Origin: an uncultured Bacteroidales bacterium
GTDB taxonomy: Bacteria; Bacteroidota; Bacteroidia; Bacteroidales; JAIOZK01
Reading direction: 5' to 3'
DNA length: 64,000 nucleotides
Assembly: GCA_964468645.1 (NCBI GenBank)
Contig: CAYXUU010000001.1
Location: 79,857-143,856, forward strand
Numbering within the stretch: the first letter of the stretch is position 1; each line of letters begins with the position of its first letter. The notes under the pieces were generated by a model. The model was not told where the DNA came from and did not search any database. It saw only the letters and a program-made list of their open reading frames with translations. The position numbers and the translations under genes are program-made. Below are positions 1 through 9,494 of this stretch, in pieces.

Positions 1-535
1 CCATGTTCCTTTCTTTTAAACCAATCCCGAGGCAATCTGAAAGGCCCCAGTTTTTATTTGTCAGTTGCTGAAAGACACTTATTCTATCAGTCCCATCAGG
101 GTAATTACGTCCAACATTATCGCCTGCTATCAATATCCCACCCTCAATCACAAATTGTTTAATGTTTTCTATCTCTTTATCGCTCATATAGGTAAGCGAA
201 TAATTTCTGTCAGCATCATGATAGTCAAGAGAGGTGGAAAGAATTAGGATATTAAATTCACTCAGTCTCGAGTAATCATACAATACCTTTCTGGTCTCAA
301 GGCGAACAAAAGCCCCTTTTTTATTAAAAGACTGAATAGCAACCACGATACCCTGAGGTAACCTGGAGTGATTATCCGTTATACCGGTGGTGATAAATAA
401 TACCCTGGGTAGAAAAATATCTGAGGAAAGATCTTTGGCCGGATCTGAATCCCGGCCGTACGGCTTACAGTGTGTAAGCAATAAAAGTAAAAAACCCAGA
501 TAAATATATCTCTTTAATCTCATAAGTTTTTCCAT
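1..535 (-). CDS. hypothetical signal-peptide / lipoprotein-like protein (3' end outside window); last gene of the exopolysaccharide operon
   Basis: Own translation of the minus strand from ATG at 535 (alternative ATG at 523): MEKLMRLKRYIYLGFLLLLLTHCKPYGRDSDPAKD...VLFITTGITDNH...IEGGILIAGDNVG. The frame stays open to the window edge. It starts 19 nt after the stop of 555..3737. It is absent from the ORF track because it has no stop in the window. Confidence 0.5.
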   Translation of the reverse strand, partial: MEKLMRLKRYIYLGFLLLLLTHCKPYGRDSDPAKDLSSDIFLPRVLFITTGITDNHSRLPQGIVVAIQSFNKKGAFVRLETRKVLYDYSRLSEFNILILSTSLDYHDADRNYSLTYMSDKEIENIKQFVIEGGILIAGDNVGRNYPDGTDRISVFQQLTNKNWGLSDCLGIGLKERNM

Positions 536-554
536 ATTCATGTTTTATACAACA

Positions 555-3500
555 TCATTCTATAATTTCCATAGTTATTTCCTTACCGGGAACAACATTA
601 AATAATATGCCATTTGCCCTGTTGGTATAGGTTCCATCATTTAACGAGCCGGTTACTTTAATCAATCTGGCACCGGTTTTAAACTCAATACTCAACGGTT
701 GATCATAAACATCCCTGTCGAGCTGATTGATCACTTTAAAAAAGATATAATTCTGATATCGGTTTATTTCTATTACTGACACCTGCTTTTCTTTCAGGTA
801 TTTAAAAACAGCTGATTCCGGGGCAATCCAGAAGTCCATATTGCGGACGAGCCGCACTTGTTTTTCAAAATCAGATTTTTCCAAGAAATATTTTTCTGAT
901 ATATCCCCTGTAATGTTCCTGAATTGTAGGGAATCTTCATAAAAATGATGATAGACAAGAATCGTCCACTGATCGATATTGTTTTCCAGTAAATTATAAA
1001 GTTGTTTTTGATCAATACCGGTGTTTACCAGTGAATACCGAATCCCTGAATAAGTGTTGAGCATCTGGTTTGTTTTACAATCAGATCTTTTGAAAATTAT
1101 GGAAGATGGTAGCGGCAGCTCGAAATTATTATTTCCATGCAGATGCATTGATGTAAGAGGAGTGTTATTTCTTAATAGTGTGAAGGCGTCGGGATTAAAT
1201 GCTTGAGCGTTTTCAGGCTGAAAAGTTATTTCATTTCCTTCCTCGGAGATAGCCCTCAGTTCTTTAAGACTCAGCCTCTTCAATCTCACCCCCTCATCAT
1301 ATTCATACAAACCTGGTGATTCATCCAGGAAATCAGGAATTATACCAAAGCTGCCTTTTAGATGGTATTTTTGCAATACAGGTAGGGCCAATTGATATTG
1401 CGAATATCCGGCATTATCAAAGACCAATGATATCGCTCCCCTTTTGTTGTTATAAAAATCGGTGATTTGAATTGATTCTTCAATAATATTTTCAGGATCG
1501 TGTTGAAGAGCTGGTTTAACCTCGGCAAAATATTGCTGAAGCGTGTCATAAACAGGTTTTAACCTTGACTTATATTCCGGTATTTCCCATCCCTCCCAGA
1601 CATAGGAAAACGGACTGCTTTCGGGATACTGGTAGATAATACGATCCTCCTTATCTGTTACAAAAAGGAAAAGCTCAAAACCCGTTGTTTCTGAGAATTC
1701 AATCTCCGGTGTACCCTCAATGTCGTCAAGGACATAAATATGGGAAGGATCGCTAACATTGATCAGGTGCCAGTCGAGTCGGAGCTCAAAAGTGAAACTG
1801 GAATCATTAAAATACCAATCTGAATTTGAATGCCCGGGTAGTGAAGAATTACCATGAACCAGAAGACCGCGGTTAACCATAATGGAATCTACCCTGTCGC
1901 CGAGAAGTGTTTCCCTGCTACGGTTTGTCAAAAGAAGCTGATGTGTATATTCACCGTTATGATTTTGTTTGGAGGCATATACAGGAACGTGATCATTATA
2001 GATATCGGTAAATACCGAAAACGGTTCATCGACCAGGATCTCTGCTTCATCTTTCGACCTGAACTCCAACAGGTATTCAAAGCCATTTTCAAATTCTTTT
2101 TCTGTAAAAGGGAGCCGGTGGTCACCCTTGTCTTTATCATAAATATCAAGGGCGATATAAAGATTATTTTTCTCAAAGTTAAATTCCGGCAATACTGAAG
2201 CAAGATAAAAATAAGCCGGATCTGCTCCAGCTGAAAGTTTTATTTCATCACCTGCAGCGGTGATGTCCTGCCAGTCATCAGTTTTTCCATCCATGGTTTT
2301 AGTCCTGCTTTCAATGGCAAAGACACCAAAATTTTGCTCCGGGTTTTCCATGTTATGCCAGAGTTTTCTGTGATGGAAAGGTTGTTCAAAATCCATTACC
2401 AGCCAGTTGTGCTTAAACCACTCATCTATCCATTCGAAGTAAATAGCACCCGCACATTGTGCATCGAAGATATCCTGTGTGAGTACCAGGGACAACCCGG
2501 CCTGCTCTGCTTCTGAGTGCCCTCCCTGATCAAAACCTGTGGGTGTAACATGACTGTTTCCCCTGCTGGAAGGGATGCCATATTCAGCAATAACCAGCGG
2601 GATTCCTGGCAGATGTTCCTTTAATTCCCTGAGATAACCCAGAAAAGGATCTGATGCTCCTGTAATATTTTTTTCCCGGTTATATGATTCCTGTAAATAG
2701 ATATAATCAGGATAATACGGATAGGCATGATAGGATGCAAAAATTCCCGGTGCAAACAGAGCGGTTGTGTTAAACTTCCTGAAATCTATACTCTCCAAGT
2801 CATTATCATATTCCCTCACCTTGCTGTTTTCAATAATCTCGGTATGGTGGTACATGGGATCCAGGGGTAACCAGTTAACAAACGACATCGGATGTTGCCA
2901 TTGATATTGTTGTGTTTCGTATGATATGGCAAAATCCATCATTTCAGCCAGCCATGCTTCCATGGGATTACCATCGTTTACACAAATGAAATCACCATTG
3001 TATTGATTGTTATTATTAATAAGATTGGTATGGTGGACAGCCACAGGTTCCCATTCCCTGCCCAACAGGATACCTGCAATATATGGTGAAACATCGGAGG
3101 CATAGATTCCCGAAGCTTTTCCCCTTTCTTTTTCAAGAACAGCTTTTCCGTGAATAACATCAATAACATTGATAATTTCTTTCTGGAAATTCCGGGTATA
3201 TTCCTCATCGTAATAGTTTTCATCGGGGGGTATTTTCGCCCAGACACCCTGCATCAGATAAAGAACTTTATCCATGTGATGAAGATTATAGAATGTAAGG
3301 GCCGTATAAAATTCAGGGGGTAATATGGTATATGTTCTGATAACATTAGCATTCATCTCACCAATTAACACAAACCACTGAAGGTACTCATCAAATGACA
3401 GGGAAAATTCCGCCGGAAATTTACCTGGCATCGCAGCACCAATATTCACCCCTTTCAGGTATATATCCTCCCAGTAGTATTTGTCTTTATTAATATATTT

Positions 3501-3737
3501 ATCTGTTATTAATGACCTGAAATAATTACCGACCGCCATGAAATTATATTCAGAGGCCAATGCTTTATTTTGCAGCTTCTCAGAAGGTAATTTTGATAAC
3601 AACGGACCCGAATCATCATCAACAAATACCCGGATAATTTTTTCTTCCCTGATCGACTTTTCATATTGCATCATTTTGATTACCGTAATGACCAGTAAAG
3701 CAACAAGAAGGCTTATGATGATGTATTTGCCTTTCAT
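555..3737 (-). CDS. membrane-anchored periplasmic polysaccharide-modifying protein: N-terminal (beta/alpha)8 glycoside-hydrolase-like region plus C-terminal NodB (polysaccharide deacetylase)-like domain
   Basis: 1060-aa ORF with an N-terminal TM helix (IIISLLVALLVITVI). Clan-A-like strings are present: LKGVNIGAAMPG, VIAEYGIPSSRG, FEWIDEWFKHNW. The C-terminal stretch AISLVFDNAGYSQYQLALPVLQKYHLKGSFGII resembles NodB motif 1 and its following strand. It lies 4 nt downstream of the TPR/barrel gene. Confidence 0.7.
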   Translation of the reverse strand: MKGKYIIISLLVALLVITVIKMMQYEKSIREEKIIRVFVDDDSGPLLSKLPSEKLQNKALASEYNFMAVGNYFRSLITDKYINKDKYYWEDIYLKGVNIGAAMPGKFPAEFSLSFDEYLQWFVLIGEMNANVIRTYTILPPEFYTALTFYNLHHMDKVLYLMQGVWAKIPPDENYYDEEYTRNFQKEIINVIDVIHGKAVLEKERGKASGIYASDVSPYIAGILLGREWEPVAVHHTNLINNNNQYNGDFICVNDGNPMEAWLAEMMDFAISYETQQYQWQHPMSFVNWLPLDPMYHHTEIIENSKVREYDNDLESIDFRKFNTTALFAPGIFASYHAYPYYPDYIYLQESYNREKNITGASDPFLGYLRELKEHLPGIPLVIAEYGIPSSRGNSHVTPTGFDQGGHSEAEQAGLSLVLTQDIFDAQCAGAIYFEWIDEWFKHNWLVMDFEQPFHHRKLWHNMENPEQNFGVFAIESRTKTMDGKTDDWQDITAAGDEIKLSAGADPAYFYLASVLPEFNFEKNNLYIALDIYDKDKGDHRLPFTEKEFENGFEYLLEFRSKDEAEILVDEPFSVFTDIYNDHVPVYASKQNHNGEYTHQLLLTNRSRETLLGDRVDSIMVNRGLLVHGNSSLPGHSNSDWYFNDSSFTFELRLDWHLINVSDPSHIYVLDDIEGTPEIEFSETTGFELFLFVTDKEDRIIYQYPESSPFSYVWEGWEIPEYKSRLKPVYDTLQQYFAEVKPALQHDPENIIEESIQITDFYNNKRGAISLVFDNAGYSQYQLALPVLQKYHLKGSFGIIPDFLDESPGLYEYDEGVRLKRLSLKELRAISEEGNEITFQPENAQAFNPDAFTLLRNNTPLTSMHLHGNNNFELPLPSSIIFKRSDCKTNQMLNTYSGIRYSLVNTGIDQKQLYNLLENNIDQWTILVYHHFYEDSLQFRNITGDISEKYFLEKSDFEKQVRLVRNMDFWIAPESAVFKYLKEKQVSVIEINRYQNYIFFKVINQLDRDVYDQPLSIEFKTGARLIKVTGSLNDGTYTNRANGILFNVVPGKEITMEIIE

Positions 3738-3741
3738 AGAA

Positions 3742-5283
3742 TTATAGGTGCAATTTAATGGTCAGGTATCCTGAAATGCTTTGATAATAAGGATTATAAA
3801 ACTTATATCCGCCCAGTGAAAATGAAACTGCCTTTAGATTATATCCCAGTTCTGCAGCCAATGACCAGTTATCCACATCCATCATGGTTTTTTTAAATTT
3901 CGAACTCTGTCCCTCATCGTAGTAATATTCTGTACCAAGATTGTAGGAGAATTCACCATAAATATAAAATCTCTTCAGGGGGTAATAGGTTGTTATGGCG
4001 GCTCCGGTCAGCTTTCTTCCATAGGGTGTATAATAAAGTGGCGATTTATACTTAAAATCCATGAATGAATGATTCAACGACAGGGTTATCGATGGTTTTG
4101 AAAGCAATTTGTAACTGAGTGAAAAATTATAGGAGATATGAGGATTCTCTGCAGCTTCATATTGACCACGATAATAATCCATAATTTCTGCCTTGTTGAC
4201 AACCCCGTATAAATATCCTCCTTTGACACCGAATTTTTTGAATTTTATTGAAAGTTGATTGGAAACAGACGTGCCACCAATTCTATTCCAGTAATAGAAA
4301 TAATTGTAACCGGCAGTAATTATGTTCTCAAAAAGAAATTGTTTGATCTTGAATTTCCATTTCCAGCTGAAGCCATAACTGGAAAACTGATTATCGCTGT
4401 TGCTATACCCTGCATAGGCATTGAAATTGTGGTTGGCATTTATCCAGTTAATTTTAAGCCATGTATTGTCGTACCATCTGTTTGTATCCCCTATGTTATT
4501 AGTAAACACCCTGTTTGAATGGTCAAGAAGAAAATTTGCCGACACATTAAAATGATTGCCCAGACGTTTACTAAGACTGTATTGTTGGATAATCGCATCG
4601 ATCTGATAACTTTCCTCTTTCTCTTCAACCGGTTTTAAACTGGCAGTGAATTGGAATTTTACCTCGTTCAGGATATTGTTGAATTCTTTAAGGATCCCTT
4701 CATTGTCAGGATCCAGCTCAAGCGCTTTTTTGTAATAAGGAATAGCTGATTTTGGTTTTTGTTTCCAGTAAAGCATTTTTCCTATTCCGGCCCATGCCTC
4801 AGAATAGGAATCATCAATTTTCATGATATTGTTGTAGGTTTCAATCGCCTTATCTAGATTTCCATTCCAGCTGTACGCCAGGGCTAGATCAAAATACATG
4901 TTAATATCGCCGGGATAATAATTAATAGCCTGTTCAAAATAATAACTTGCTTTTGAAAGTTTGCCAAGCCGCAGATAACATCTCCCAAATCCATTTAAAG
5001 CCTCAACATCCTCATGGTCGTTTTTATAAATCAACGCATAAAAATGTATTGACTTTTTGTAATCTTCGATGTTGTAATATAACCTGGCAAGGGCGAGTTT
5101 AGCATCATAATCGCTACTATCTATAATCAGAACCTGCAGGTAGTCTGTTATCGATTTTTCCAGGTTGCCGTCCAGCCTGGCCTTATAGCCGGAATCACGC
5201 CAGGATTCCTTGTTGTTTTCCTGTGCCAACAAGCCGGCACCAACGGATAGTAGTAATATTATTAAACAATATTTCGTTCTCAT
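3742..5283 (-). CDS. TPR-repeat protein fused to a C-terminal outer-membrane beta-barrel (PgaA/BcsC/YaiO-like export component)
   Basis: 513 aa with a signal peptide. There are multiple TPR-like repeats at roughly aa 40-200 (e.g. AWAGIGKMLYWKQKPKSAIPYYKKALELDPDN). The C-terminal half has alternating aromatic/Gly/Ser-rich beta-strand patterns. It sits 5 nt after the GT2 gene. Confidence 0.7.
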   Translation of the reverse strand: MRTKYCLIILLLSVGAGLLAQENNKESWRDSGYKARLDGNLEKSITDYLQVLIIDSSDYDAKLALARLYYNIEDYKKSIHFYALIYKNDHEDVEALNGFGRCYLRLGKLSKASYYFEQAINYYPGDINMYFDLALAYSWNGNLDKAIETYNNIMKIDDSYSEAWAGIGKMLYWKQKPKSAIPYYKKALELDPDNEGILKEFNNILNEVKFQFTASLKPVEEKEESYQIDAIIQQYSLSKRLGNHFNVSANFLLDHSNRVFTNNIGDTNRWYDNTWLKINWINANHNFNAYAGYSNSDNQFSSYGFSWKWKFKIKQFLFENIITAGYNYFYYWNRIGGTSVSNQLSIKFKKFGVKGGYLYGVVNKAEIMDYYRGQYEAAENPHISYNFSLSYKLLSKPSITLSLNHSFMDFKYKSPLYYTPYGRKLTGAAITTYYPLKRFYIYGEFSYNLGTEYYYDEGQSSKFKKTMMDVDNWSLAAELGYNLKAVSFSLGGYKFYNPYYQSISGYLTIKLHL

Positions 5284-5288
5284 AAGAA

Positions 5289-6749
5289 TTATTCTGATTT
5301 AACCCCTTTTCTGTCAAACTTGTTCCAATCACTTTTTTTACGGAGAAATTTGATCCAACCAATAAACTGGGCATAGGTCCTAAAATAAGCATAGGAAAAA
5401 TCACTGATGACCCCCATAAACAACAACCACAACCAGTTTCCGAAAGTTTTATACCTCAGGGCATCCCTGCTGGCAGCAAGCTGATGCTGGCTCCAGTTCT
5501 CAATAAGTACTGTTATTGAACTCATAATAATAGCTGTTGTTAGGGTTACACTAACTATTAACAACAACACCCATCCCAGGTTTATTGTGCCGGCAAAACC
5601 TGCAGCAATGATAAAGAATAGGGTAATGATCTTAACTACGGGTGAAAAGAGTTCAAAAAATAAATAATATGGATAAGCAATCAGGCCGATAGTACCATAT
5701 TTGGGCTCAAAAGCAATCTCCCGGTGTATCTTCAGTGTTTCAGCCAATCCCTGGTGCCATCTTACCCTTTGTTTGTATAAATTTTGCCCGCTATCAGGCA
5801 CTTCTGTCCAGCAGATAGGCTGGGCAAGAAACCTGGCTTTGGCTTTCCTCTTGTTTTCTTTGAAATATCTCCATAACCTGACAACGACCTCCATATCTTC
5901 ACAAACGGTTTTTTTCCCCAGCCCTATGCTTTCTTTCAAATAGGGGTGTTGATTCTGTTCCGTTAAAAATCCACCAACATGGTTCAGATCTTCTTTCTTA
6001 TAAATAGAGAAAGCCCCTGACATAATCAGCAATGAATCAATTCGGCTCAGGCCTATCCTTGAAATCATAAACGATTTGATATATTCAATGATCTGCCACT
6101 GAATCCAGATGTTTCGGGGCATCCTGGAAGATACCACCTTATTATGTTTTAATACTACATCATTGGAGGCAGCAAGTTGTCCACCCGAAACAAAAATATC
6201 CGGATTTTGAATAAAAGGCAGGATAACCATTTTTAAGGCCTGGGAATCAAGAATGGAATCGGCATCGATGGTACAGACATATCTTTTTGAGGACAGATTA
6301 ATTCCTGCATTTATCGCATCTGCTTTACCACCGTTTTCCTTGTGAATTAAGAAAAGTTTATTGTTTTCATCAGTATAAATATTTCGAATGGGTTGGGTGA
6401 TCAGCGAGGGGTGATAATCAGGTTTCTTCTCATTAAGTCCAAAAGCATTCATCATAACTTCCAGGGTATTATCACCCGATCCGTCATTTACTACGATTAT
6501 TTCAAAATCTGTATAATCAATTTCAAGCAGCATTTTTATACAGGACACTATTGACACCTCTTCGTTATAAGCCGGAACAATGATGGATATAGCGTGCCGT
6601 TCAAAGTTTATCCCCTGCTTCAGGACATTGATTTTTTTTCTGAATTCATAGATTGAATACAGGTACAGGATGAAGTCAATCAGGAAATAAGCTGAAAAAT
6701 AGATGATTAGTAGTTTCTCAATTATGTTCAGAATGAAGACAAGCATCAT
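5289..6749 (-). CDS. processive family-2 glycosyltransferase, polysaccharide synthase (PgaC/IcaA/cellulose-synthase-like topology)
   Basis: 486 aa. N-terminal TM helix, then IIVPAYNEE...VVNDGSGDNT, a DAD motif (TIDADSIL), CEDMEVV, and the processive-synthase signature QRVRWHQG. Several C-terminal TM helices follow. Confidence 0.8.
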   Translation of the reverse strand: MMLVFILNIIEKLLIIYFSAYFLIDFILYLYSIYEFRKKINVLKQGINFERHAISIIVPAYNEEVSIVSCIKMLLEIDYTDFEIIVVNDGSGDNTLEVMMNAFGLNEKKPDYHPSLITQPIRNIYTDENNKLFLIHKENGGKADAINAGINLSSKRYVCTIDADSILDSQALKMVILPFIQNPDIFVSGGQLAASNDVVLKHNKVVSSRMPRNIWIQWQIIEYIKSFMISRIGLSRIDSLLIMSGAFSIYKKEDLNHVGGFLTEQNQHPYLKESIGLGKKTVCEDMEVVVRLWRYFKENKRKAKARFLAQPICWTEVPDSGQNLYKQRVRWHQGLAETLKIHREIAFEPKYGTIGLIAYPYYLFFELFSPVVKIITLFFIIAAGFAGTINLGWVLLLIVSVTLTTAIIMSSITVLIENWSQHQLAASRDALRYKTFGNWLWLLFMGVISDFSYAYFRTYAQFIGWIKFLRKKSDWNKFDRKGVKSE

Positions 6750-7059
6750 CAGGTAAATTTAGTCGGAATTAGTTGTTTGTAAAAATATAAGAATTTTCAC
6801 TTTTTACATCATTTTTGTATTTAAGTCAAAGCAAAACAAAATAGTTTTAATGTAAATATCTGGAGTTATTGATCTGATAACCCGGGATGTTAAGGATATC
6901 GACTTGTTAAAATTACGTTAATTGATAGCGTTGGCTTCCATATGTTAAAAAAGATATATATCTTAGCAAAACATTAAACAATGCAGGAGAATTAAAAAAC
7001 AGAAACAACCGCGTAGTAATTCTAATGCATGAAGCGGTTACTCACTAAAACCGAGAACA

Positions 7060-7446
7060 ATGTCAAGATACTACCCAATAGCAATTTTAATTATAGCAGG
7101 CCTGATAATTACATCATGCTATAATGATAACGAGGAAGATTTATACCCAAATCCTCCTGTTTGTGACACAACGAATGTTACCTTTTCCGGCATTGTATTA
7201 CCGATCATTAATGAAAGCTGTGTTGTATGTCACAGCGGTAATATCCCCAACGGGAATATAGCCCTTGAAACCTATGATGAGATAAAAACAGCAGCCCAGG
7301 TTCCTGCAGGGACCTACGGGAGTTTATACGGAACAGTCAGCCATTCGGCCGGAAACTCTTCAATGCCAAAGAACGGGAACAAACTTTCTGACTGTAAGAT
7401 TGAACAGATACAGAAGTGGATAGAAGAAGGAACACCCAACAATTAA
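7060..7446 (+). CDS. small lipoprotein with a single CxxCH haem-binding motif (Haem_bd-like)
   Basis: 128 aa. Lipobox-like LIITSC, then CVVCH. Clear paralog of 31798..32178: shared V/ISF..I.PI...C..CH.G.I and a C-terminal W(I)..G..NN. Confidence 0.65.
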   Translation: MSRYYPIAILIIAGLIITSCYNDNEEDLYPNPPVCDTTNVTFSGIVLPIINESCVVCHSGNIPNGNIALETYDEIKTAAQVPAGTYGSLYGTVSHSAGNSSMPKNGNKLSDCKIEQIQKWIEEGTPNN

Positions 7447-7510
7447 TAAACAACAAAACACAGATTTCAAATGACAAATAAGCACCAATATCCAATAATT
7501 CAAGCTCAAA

Positions 7511-7942
7511 ATGAATAAGTGGTTAAAAATTCTAACAGGCGCTTTGATACTTGCTGCGGTTGGTATTATGATAGGGTATTTCTATATCAACAAACCTCAT
7601 CCTGATTATGAAAATCTTGAAGCTGAGTTTAAGGTACAGGCCGATGATTTGTATAGTGAGTTTTCGGCGAATACCGAACAGGCATCACAAAAGTATAATG
7701 GCAGAATGCTGGCTGTATCGGGATCGCCCGATTATGTTGAAACCGCGGATACGATGGTTATTGCTGTGTTTGTATTCAATGAAGGCATGTTTGGCGATGA
7801 AGGGATAAGGTGTACCATGCTGCCCGACTACAATAAGATAAGGGAATCATTTTATCCCGGGGAGGAAATAACCCTGAAGGGGTTTTGCTCAGGATTTAAT
7901 GGTACCGATGTAATAATTGAAAAATGTTCTTTAACTAAATAA
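7511..7942 (+). CDS. membrane-anchored OB-fold (tRNA_anti-like family) protein
   Basis: 143 aa with an N-terminal TM helix. The pattern YNGRMLAVSG...IAVFVF...IRCTM...ITLKGFCSG is reminiscent of the tRNA_anti-like OB family. Call made by eye only. Confidence 0.4.
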   Translation: MNKWLKILTGALILAAVGIMIGYFYINKPHPDYENLEAEFKVQADDLYSEFSANTEQASQKYNGRMLAVSGSPDYVETADTMVIAVFVFNEGMFGDEGIRCTMLPDYNKIRESFYPGEEITLKGFCSGFNGTDVIIEKCSLTK

Positions 7943-8503
7943 ATGCGTAAAATGAAAAAGTTAATATATCTCATAATCATTACCCTGATGTTTTCAGCTA
8001 CGGCTATCGGGCAAAAACACATAACAAAAAACGGCCATATTCAATTTTATTCTCATGCAGCACTTGAGGATATAGAAGCGCACAATCACCAGGTAAACAG
8101 TGCCCTGGATGTTGAATCAGGGGATCTGGTATTTAAAGTCCTGATAAAATCCTTTGAATTTGAAAAAGCCCTGATGCAGGAGCATTTCAACGAAAATTAT
8201 ATGGAATCAGACAAATATCCCAACGCTGTTTTTAAAGGACAGATTACTAATTTGAAAGAGATTGATTTTACAAAAGATGGTAAATATGATGTTTTGATCA
8301 ATGGGGACTTGACAATCCATGGAGTAACCAATAAAATAGAAACAGGAGGAAGTTTTACCATCGGGGAAAACAGGATCAAAGGCCAATCGGTATTTTCAAT
8401 CCTGTTGAAGGATTATGATATTAAAATACCAAAGGCTGTTACTGAAAACATCGCTGAGGAGATTGAAGTGACAGTAAATATAGATTTGAAACCATTAAAA
8501 TAA
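7943..8503 (+). CDS. YceI-like (lipocalin-fold, polyisoprenoid-binding family) periplasmic protein
   Basis: 186 aa with a signal peptide. YceI-type strings: GHIQFYSHAALEDIEAHN..., SFEFEKALMQEHFNENYMESDKYP, GDLTIHGVTNKIE. The start abuts the stop of the preceding gene. Confidence 0.7.
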   Translation: MRKMKKLIYLIIITLMFSATAIGQKHITKNGHIQFYSHAALEDIEAHNHQVNSALDVESGDLVFKVLIKSFEFEKALMQEHFNENYMESDKYPNAVFKGQITNLKEIDFTKDGKYDVLINGDLTIHGVTNKIETGGSFTIGENRIKGQSVFSILLKDYDIKIPKAVTENIAEEIEVTVNIDLKPLK

Positions 8504-8507
8504 CCGA

Positions 8508-9410
8508 ATGATGTTTAAAAAAATCTTCCTGCTAACTATTGCCGGATTCATATTAGCGTGTGGTTCTGTTGCTGCCCAGGATGACCTGATGGATTTATTT
8601 AATGATGACCCTACCACCGAATACACCTATGCAACATTTAAAGCTACCCGGATTATCAATGCACAATCCATTGAAAACCCGGCGAAGGGTAACCTGTTGT
8701 TTATTATATCCCATCAATTTGGAAGAATTAATGAGGGCGCCTATGAGTTTTTTGGGCTGGATCATGCTACCATGCGTTTAGGATTTGAATACGGAATTAC
8801 AGAATGGCTGGCCGTAGGAATTGGCCGGAGTACACGTGATAAAACCTATGATGGATTTCTAAAACTCAAATTGTTAAGACAAAGCAAGGGATTGAAGAAT
8901 ATGCCACTATCTGTATCCTACTTTACAAATATGACCATTAACTCGCTGAAATGGGCCGATCCTGACAGGGACAATCTCTTCTCCTCCAGGCTTGAATACG
9001 CACACCAGCTATTAATTGCAAGGAAATTCAGCAGTAGTTTTTCCCTGCAGCTCATGCCAACCATGATACACAGAAATCTTGTTAAAACCCGGGAAGACCA
9101 GAATAATGTTTTTGCCATTGGTGCCGGAAGCCGCCTGAAGATCTCAAAACGGATCTCCGTTAATCTGGAGTATTTTTACCTGTTACCGGGCAAAACGGCC
9201 GATGATTATGAAAACGCTCTTTCAATAAGCTTTGATATTGAAACCGGTGGTCATGTTTTCCAAGTTTATTTTACCAATTCACAGGGGATGGTCGAAGAGT
9301 ATTTCATTGCAAAAAACACAGGAAGCTGGCTTGATGGGGATATCCATTTCGGGTTTAGCATTAACAGGACTTTTGATTTAAGATCAAAGAAGAATAAAAA
9401 TAACCGTTAG
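8508..9410 (+). CDS. DUF5777-like outer-membrane beta-barrel protein
   Basis: 300 aa with a signal peptide and alternating beta-strand pattern. Paralog of 30904..31773 (FIISHQFGRINEGAYEFFGLD / FIIEHRFGDVSEGISDLWGIY; both end with an aromatic-rich strand). Confidence 0.6.
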   Translation: MMFKKIFLLTIAGFILACGSVAAQDDLMDLFNDDPTTEYTYATFKATRIINAQSIENPAKGNLLFIISHQFGRINEGAYEFFGLDHATMRLGFEYGITEWLAVGIGRSTRDKTYDGFLKLKLLRQSKGLKNMPLSVSYFTNMTINSLKWADPDRDNLFSSRLEYAHQLLIARKFSSSFSLQLMPTMIHRNLVKTREDQNNVFAIGAGSRLKISKRISVNLEYFYLLPGKTADDYENALSISFDIETGGHVFQVYFTNSQGMVEEYFIAKNTGSWLDGDIHFGFSINRTFDLRSKKNKNNR

Positions 9411-9412
9411 GT

Positions 9413-9463
9413 ACGCAAAGAAATGCTAAAATTGATTCGTAAACTTAAGGAATAACTTTGCGG
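9413..9463. terminator. hairpin between convergent genes (CGCAAAG ... CTTTGCG arms)
   Basis: 7-bp perfect arms at 9414-9420 and 9456-9462, between the stop of 8508..9410 (+) and the stop of 9495..11591 (-). It uses the same CGCAAAG 'word' as other intergenic elements in the window. Confidence 0.35.
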
Positions 9464-9494
9464 CTATAAAATTATTTTGATTGCGGTTTGCGGT

